From positions 2,016,001-2,080,000 of the forward strand of contig OZ241867.1 in assembly GCA_965203175.1 (NCBI GenBank): DNA of 64,000 nucleotides, read 5' to 3'. Positions 58,656 to 64,000 of the stretch are shown piece after piece; position 1 is the first letter of the stretch, and the number at the start of each line of letters is the position of its first letter. The notes below the pieces were generated by a model that had not been told where the DNA came from, searched no databases, and was given only the letters and a program-made list of their open reading frames with translations. Source of the DNA: Candidatus Latescibacterota bacterium (GTDB lineage: Bacteria > Latescibacterota > UBA2968 > UBA8231). The position numbers and the translations under genes were made by a program.

Positions 58656-61025
58656 ATGCTGCGCAATAACCTGATCGTCGCTTGGCGCAATCTGCGCCGC
58701 TATCGGATGTACACTGCGATCAACGTGGGTGGGCTGGCCGCAGCCTTCGCGGTGACCATCTTTGCCGGCCTGTACATACATAGCGAACTGACGTGGGACC
58801 GCTTTCACACCAAGGGCGAGCAGATCTACCAAGTTTACGTAATATGGTCCGAAGCCGAGGATCCCGGGGTACTGCGGAGCTCCTACAGGTGGACGCCCAA
58901 GGCCCTCGGTGCCGAGATGGTAGCTACGATCCCAGGGGTGTTGCGCTCGGTGCGCGTCGAAGAAGACGAGCCTGGGGTACTGAGTCACGGGGACCGGGTC
59001 TTCGATGCACGGGGACAGTTCACCGATCCCGGGTTCTTTGAGTTGTTCAGCTTCCCGCTGATTGAGGGCGACCCGAACACGGCGCTCGACGCACCGCACT
59101 CGATCGTGTTGTCGAGGCGGATGGCGCGGCGGTTGTTCGGCGACGGAGATCCCATGGGCCAGACCCTCCAACTGGGGTACCAAGGTGCCGGTGGGGACTT
59201 CATCGTCACCGGCATCGCCGCTGACGTGCCGTACGCGTCCAGCCTGCAATTCGACTGGTTGATCCCCTTCGTCCACTTGGAGGCCCAAAGGCCCCCCGGC
59301 CCTTGGGACATTGGCGGCCAGACCTATCTGCAAATCGCCGATGCCGCGGGTGTGGAGGCGGCCTTGGTCTTCGACCTAGACCGCTACATGGAGAAGAAGG
59401 GGGACAGCCTCGCCCTAGTGCCCCTGTTCGACAAGCATCTGCACTCTGAAGTCAGCCACGGCAAGTCGGAAATCTACGTCTTCGGATTCGTCGCCTGCCT
59501 CGTGCTGCTGCTAGCGTGCATCAACTACGCCAATCTGGCGGCGGGCATGTCGCTGACGAGGGCGCACGAAGTGGGTGTGCGCAAAGTGATGGGTGCCGGA
59601 CGGGGGCAGCTAGTACGCCAGTACTTCGCCGAGTCCTTGCTGCTCAGCTTCGCCGCCTTGGCGCTGGCCGTGCTGCTGGCGGAGACCTTGCTGCCGGGCC
59701 TGAATCGTCTGATGACGATGCCTGGAGAGTTTGAACTGCGCCTCGACTTGCGGTACACGCCGTGGATGATCGCGGCCCTAGCTGGGTTCGGCGTGGTCAT
59801 GGGAGTCGTGGCGGGCGCATATCCGGCGCTGGTGCAGTCGCGGATGCAGCCGGTCGAGATTCTACAGGACAGGCTCCAAGTGCAGGGCCGTTCTGGCCGC
59901 ATCCTAGTAGTTGTGCAGTTCGTGGCCGCCACGGTATTCCTCACCGCAGCCCTCGTCGTGGACCGGCAGGTCAATCACTGGATGTCTCTGGACCAAGGCT
60001 ACGACTCTCGGCTCGTGGTCTGCATTCCGACCTTCGCGGATCACTCGCACGAGGACGGGGTACACGAGACGCGGCGCTTCCTCGATATTTTCCGTCGGGA
60101 GGTGCTCCCCCTTCCGGGCGTGCTTGCTGTGTCCGGCTCGCAGGACTTCGTCCCCAGGAGTGGAAGTTTTTCCTTCCGTGACCGCAATGGAAATCGGACG
60201 CGGGTTTCGGCGATCGAGGCTGATCCCTACTTCCTGCACACCCTCGGCTTGGAACTGATTGAGGGCGAGGACTTCTCGCCGGATCTGCTGGCCAGCGGTG
60301 GAACCGCGCTGGTCAACGAGGGGCTGGCGGCTCAGTTGGAGGGACAGGTAGTAGGCGTAGAGCTCGAAGAAGGCGATCGCTATCCTGGCCACCAGACGCG
60401 GATCATCGGCGTAGTCTCCAACTTCGAGCACTCACCGCATTATGCCGCTTCCCACCCCCTCATAATCAGCGTACGACCCGAACACTCCATTGAGACGGTG
60501 CTGGTAAGAGTGCGGCCCGGAGATGTGTCCGGGACGCTCGCAGGACTGCGAGATGCTTGGGTCCGGATGGCTCCCGAGGTGCCCTTTAGCTATCGCTTCC
60601 TCGATGACCATATCGCCGAGCGCTTTATGGGGAAGGCTATGCTTGCCAGCCTGACGCGCTGGCTGGCCGGATTCCTGGCCCTAATCGCCTGTCTCGGCGT
60701 CTTCGGCATGGCTTCCCTCGCCGTCAGCCGACGCACGAAAGAGGTAGCCGTGCGCAAGGTACTCGGCGCCTCGACGGCGAGCGTGGCCGTGCTGTTGTCG
60801 TCGCAGTCCACGCGGCTCGTGCTGATCGCCGTGGTCATCGCCATGCCTCTGGCCTACCGGCTCTCGGAGTATTTACTCCGCAGCGAAGTGAACCGCATCG
60901 AGCTCGACCTGCTCAGCTACTCGGCCGGCGGCCTGATCGCCTTGGGCTTGACTTGGCTGGTGTCGGGATACCACGCGGTTCGAGCGGCGATGGCGAATCC
61001 GGTGGACTCGCTGCGCAGTGAGTAG
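58656..61025 (+). CDS. ABC permease paralogue B1 (second subfamily)
   Basis: MLRNNLIVAWRNL, NYANLAAG..RAHEVGVRK, RTKEVAVRKVLGA, NPVDSLRSE. Confidence 0.93.
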   Translation: MLRNNLIVAWRNLRRYRMYTAINVGGLAAAFAVTIFAGLYIHSELTWDRFHTKGEQIYQVYVIWSEAEDPGVLRSSYRWTPKALGAEMVATIPGVLRSVRVEEDEPGVLSHGDRVFDARGQFTDPGFFELFSFPLIEGDPNTALDAPHSIVLSRRMARRLFGDGDPMGQTLQLGYQGAGGDFIVTGIAADVPYASSLQFDWLIPFVHLEAQRPPGPWDIGGQTYLQIADAAGVEAALVFDLDRYMEKKGDSLALVPLFDKHLHSEVSHGKSEIYVFGFVACLVLLLACINYANLAAGMSLTRAHEVGVRKVMGAGRGQLVRQYFAESLLLSFAALALAVLLAETLLPGLNRLMTMPGEFELRLDLRYTPWMIAALAGFGVVMGVVAGAYPALVQSRMQPVEILQDRLQVQGRSGRILVVVQFVAATVFLTAALVVDRQVNHWMSLDQGYDSRLVVCIPTFADHSHEDGVHETRRFLDIFRREVLPLPGVLAVSGSQDFVPRSGSFSFRDRNGNRTRVSAIEADPYFLHTLGLELIEGEDFSPDLLASGGTALVNEGLAAQLEGQVVGVELEEGDRYPGHQTRIIGVVSNFEHSPHYAASHPLIISVRPEHSIETVLVRVRPGDVSGTLAGLRDAWVRMAPEVPFSYRFLDDHIAERFMGKAMLASLTRWLAGFLALIACLGVFGMASLAVSRRTKEVAVRKVLGASTASVAVLLSSQSTRLVLIAVVIAMPLAYRLSEYLLRSEVNRIELDLLSYSAGGLIALGLTWLVSGYHAVRAAMANPVDSLRSE

Positions 61026-61077
61026 AGGGATTCCCTACAAATCGCATCGCTTTAGCGCGAAAAAGAGGGTACTAACC

Positions 61078-63444
61078 ATGCTACGCAATAACCTGATCGT
61101 CGCTTGGCGCAATCTGCGCCGCTATCGGATGTACACCGCGATCAACGTGGGTGGGCTGGCCGCGGCCTTTGCGGTGGCCATCTTCGTCGGCTTGTACGTG
61201 TATAGGGCGCTGACGTGGGATCGCTTCCACGCCAAGGGAGAGCAGATATACCAAGTCTGCGAGACACGTCCAGTCTGGAAAGGGCAGGCCTTTACGTCAG
61301 TGCCGGGAGGTCTCGGCCCGGAGATGGTGGCCACACTCCCCGCGGTGTTGCGCTCGGTGCGTACGGAAGACGAGGACGGGCTGCTGAGCTATGGGGGGCA
61401 AGAGATCGCGGCGAAGGGACGGTTCGCCGACCCCGGCTTCTTTGAGTTGTTCAGCTTCCCGCTGATCGCGGGTGATCCGGGCACGGCGCTCGACGTGCCG
61501 AACTCGATCGTGCTATCGAAGCGGCTGTCGCAACGGCTGTTCGGCTCCGACGACCCCATGGGCCAGACTCTGCTGCTGGGGGGAAGTGGTATTAGCAGAG
61601 ACTTTATTGTCACCGGGGTCGCTGAGAACGTGCCGTACGAATCCAGCTTGGGATTCGACTGGGTGATCCCCTACGTCCACCGGGAAATCCAGACTGCGTG
61701 GGCCGATGATTTCAGTGTCGGCGTAGGCGAGACCTATCTCCAGATCGCCGATGCCGCGGGCGTGGAGGCGGCCCAAGCCTTCGACTTGGATCGGTACATG
61801 GAGAAGGAGAAGGATCGTAGTCTCGTCATCGTGCCGCTGTTCGACAAGCGGCTGCATCCCCAACTCAGCGGCGGGAGAGGGATGATGAGTTCACTCTACA
61901 TCCTCGGATTCGTCGCCGGCCTCGTGCTGTTGCTGGCGTGTATCAACTACGCCAATCTGGCTGCGGGGATGTCGCTGACGAGGGCGCACGAAGTGGGTGT
62001 GCGCAAGGTGGTCGGTGCCGGACGGGGACAGCTAATGCGCCAGTACTTCGCCGAGTCTCTGCTACTCAGCTTCGTCGCTCTAGTACTCGCCGTGCCGCTG
62101 ACGGAGATTTTGCTGCCGGGCCTGAATCGTCTTCTGGAGGTGCCCGGAGAATTTGAATTGGGCCTCGACCTACAGTACACGCCGTGGACGGTGGTGGCCC
62201 TAGCTGGGTTCGGCGTGGTCATGGGGCTCGTGGCGGGCGCGTACCCGGCGCTGGTGCAGTCGCGGATGCAGCCAGTCGAGATTATGCAGGACAGGCTCCA
62301 AGTACGAGGCCGTGCCGGCCGCATCTTAGTAGTCGTGCAGTTCGTGGCCTCCACGGTGTTCCTGACTACGGCCCTCGTCGTGGCCCGGCAGGTCGATCAT
62401 TGGGAGTCCCTAGATCAGGGCTACGACCCGAGGCTCGTGGTCTGCATCCCGACGTTTGCTGGCTCCTCAAGAGGGGGGGGCGATGTGCATGAGTCGCAGC
62501 GCTTCCTCGATGTATTTCGCCGGGAGGTTCTCCCGCTTGCGGGTGTGCTCGCGGTGTCCGGCTCCAGCGAATTCCCCGATGGAGCCGACGACTTTCGCTT
62601 CGCCGACCCGGAACGGCCGGAGGCCGCGCTGATTGAGGTTGATCCGTACTTCCTGCGCACCCTCGGCTTGGAACTGGTCGAGGGAGAGGACTTCTCCCCG
62701 GACCTGCTGGCCAGCGGTCGCGTAGTGCTCGTCAACCAGCGGCTAGCGGCTACGCTGGAGGGACCGGTCGTCGGCTCTTACCTCGAAGGCGGGTACCCGC
62801 CGCGCCGGCCGCGGATTATTGGCGTAGTCTCCGACTTCCAGCACGATGATCCCAGCTCTGGGGGCTTCGTGCCGGAACTCGTGATCAGCGTCCTACCGGA
62901 TCGTTCCATTGAGACGGTGCTGGTGCGGGTGCGACCCGAAGGGGTGCCCGAGACGCTCGCCGAGCTGCGCGAGGCTTGGGAACGCCTGTCGCCTGGGGTG
63001 CCTTTCAGCTATCGCTTTCTCGACGACCATATCGCCGAGCGCTTCATTGGCCACGCCATCCTCATTAGCCTGCTGCGCTGGGTGACCGGGTTCCTTGTGC
63101 TAATCGCCTGTCTCGGCGTCTTCGGCATGGCCTCCCTCGCCGTCAGCCGACGCACCAAGGAGGTGGCCGTGCGCAAAGTTCTCGGAGCCTCGACGGCGAG
63201 CGTGGCCGTGCTGCTGTCGTCGCAGTCCACGCGGCTCGTGCTGATCGCCGTGGTCGTCGCCATGCCCCTGACCTACCAGATCTCGGAGATGTTACTCCGC
63301 AGTGAGGTGGACCGCATTGAACTCGACCTGCTCAGCTACTCGGCTGGCGGCCTGATCGCCTTGGGTCTGACTTGGTTGGTGTCGGGATACCACGCGGTTC
63401 GAGCGGCGCTGGCGAATCCGGTGGACTCGCTGCGCAGCGAGTAG
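61078..63444 (+). CDS. ABC permease paralogue B2
   Basis: Start set by the shared GGTACTAACC-ATG leader; near-identical TM regions to B1. Confidence 0.93.
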   Translation: MLRNNLIVAWRNLRRYRMYTAINVGGLAAAFAVAIFVGLYVYRALTWDRFHAKGEQIYQVCETRPVWKGQAFTSVPGGLGPEMVATLPAVLRSVRTEDEDGLLSYGGQEIAAKGRFADPGFFELFSFPLIAGDPGTALDVPNSIVLSKRLSQRLFGSDDPMGQTLLLGGSGISRDFIVTGVAENVPYESSLGFDWVIPYVHREIQTAWADDFSVGVGETYLQIADAAGVEAAQAFDLDRYMEKEKDRSLVIVPLFDKRLHPQLSGGRGMMSSLYILGFVAGLVLLLACINYANLAAGMSLTRAHEVGVRKVVGAGRGQLMRQYFAESLLLSFVALVLAVPLTEILLPGLNRLLEVPGEFELGLDLQYTPWTVVALAGFGVVMGLVAGAYPALVQSRMQPVEIMQDRLQVRGRAGRILVVVQFVASTVFLTTALVVARQVDHWESLDQGYDPRLVVCIPTFAGSSRGGGDVHESQRFLDVFRREVLPLAGVLAVSGSSEFPDGADDFRFADPERPEAALIEVDPYFLRTLGLELVEGEDFSPDLLASGRVVLVNQRLAATLEGPVVGSYLEGGYPPRRPRIIGVVSDFQHDDPSSGGFVPELVISVLPDRSIETVLVRVRPEGVPETLAELREAWERLSPGVPFSYRFLDDHIAERFIGHAILISLLRWVTGFLVLIACLGVFGMASLAVSRRTKEVAVRKVLGASTASVAVLLSSQSTRLVLIAVVVAMPLTYQISEMLLRSEVDRIELDLLSYSAGGLIALGLTWLVSGYHAVRAALANPVDSLRSE

Positions 63445-63510
63445 AGGGATTCTCTACAAGTCGTACCGATTTATGACGATGTGGATTTTTTACTCCAGAG
63501 GAGGCGCGAG

Positions 63511-64000
63511 ATGATCAGCCAGAAGCCTAACGGCAGCAGTTCAAAACGGGAAGCGGTACTCTTTGCGCTTTTAACTTTTTTCTGCACTAGTACGGCAATG
63601 GGCACGAGTACCGAGGACGGCCCGATCGTCGTCCCGTTGCAGTGGGTGCGGCCCAGTGAGGAGGTGCTCTCCGACTTTGGTGGGCCAGGGGTCGACTTTG
63701 AAGACCAAGGCTGGGTCCGCAAGCGGCCTGTTGAGTCCGGTCTCCGGGGCCTGCCGCCAACCGACCGAATCCTGTTCTATGGGATATTCGATCTCAGTGC
63801 AGAATCCATCGTTTTGTCGTGGAGACCAGAGCAGCCTGAGGAACTCCTGTGGACGCTTCCACAACGCGAACTTCCCGACTCTCGCGTTTCTTGGATCAAT
63901 GCGCTGGACGCTGATGGCGACGAAGTCTTCTACTTTGACTCCGACAACGACGAGGATTTCGCGGACGAGGAGCCGGTTTATCCCAAGGACTATAGCCCCC
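63511..64000 (+). CDS. Exported hypothetical protein, 3' truncated by the window
   Basis: AGAGGAGG RBS, ATG 63511, hydrophobic signal (AVLFALLTFFC), frame open to the window end, acidic DSDNDEDF motif. Confidence 0.7.
   Translation, partial: MISQKPNGSSSKREAVLFALLTFFCTSTAMGTSTEDGPIVVPLQWVRPSEEVLSDFGGPGVDFEDQGWVRKRPVESGLRGLPPTDRILFYGIFDLSAESIVLSWRPEQPEELLWTLPQRELPDSRVSWINALDADGDEVFYFDSDNDEDFADEEPVYPKDYSP

Noticed and set aside
45067-63444. Diversity-generating retroelement acting on the permeases
   Set aside because: No RT or template repeat in the window; differences include indels and are not adenine-specific.
1-64000. CRISPR arrays, rRNA, transposases, and the many long antisense or overlapping ORFs in the track
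   Set aside because: No repeat-spacer periodicity or matching motifs seen. The shadow ORFs are expected in GC-rich coding DNA and lack RBS or domain motifs.

Overview
This is a GC-rich bacterial window from a diderm, judging by the TonB receptors and beta-barrel proteins. Four PhyH dioxygenase genes suggest a Latescibacterota/Poribacteria-like, possibly sponge-associated lineage, but that is inference only. 1-10 kb is metabolic: a TrkA-domain protein, PhyH genes (one with an in-frame stop), tRNA-Glu, rhodanese, an SDR and glcB. At 9.9-10.9 kb a DIP1984-like coiled-coil gene is followed by about 430 nt of densely base-paired non-coding sequence, a candidate large ncRNA. 11-24 kb is a defence island just downstream of aspS: a PD-(D/E)XK nuclease, a type I RM operon with a Septu-like ATPase+HNH pair between hsdS and hsdR and a LexA-like S24 module fused to HsdR, HicB, an Abi_C protein and several eroded remnants, including a 101-bp duplicate of the aspS 3' end. 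aspS (probably non-discriminating) is preceded by two complete tandem transcription attenuators with Asn-rich leader peptides that the ORF track misses. The remainder holds TA pairs, two TonB-dependent receptors and a sigma54 two-component system divergent from an expanded MacAB/FtsX-type ABC cluster (six full permease paralogues plus one collapsed copy).
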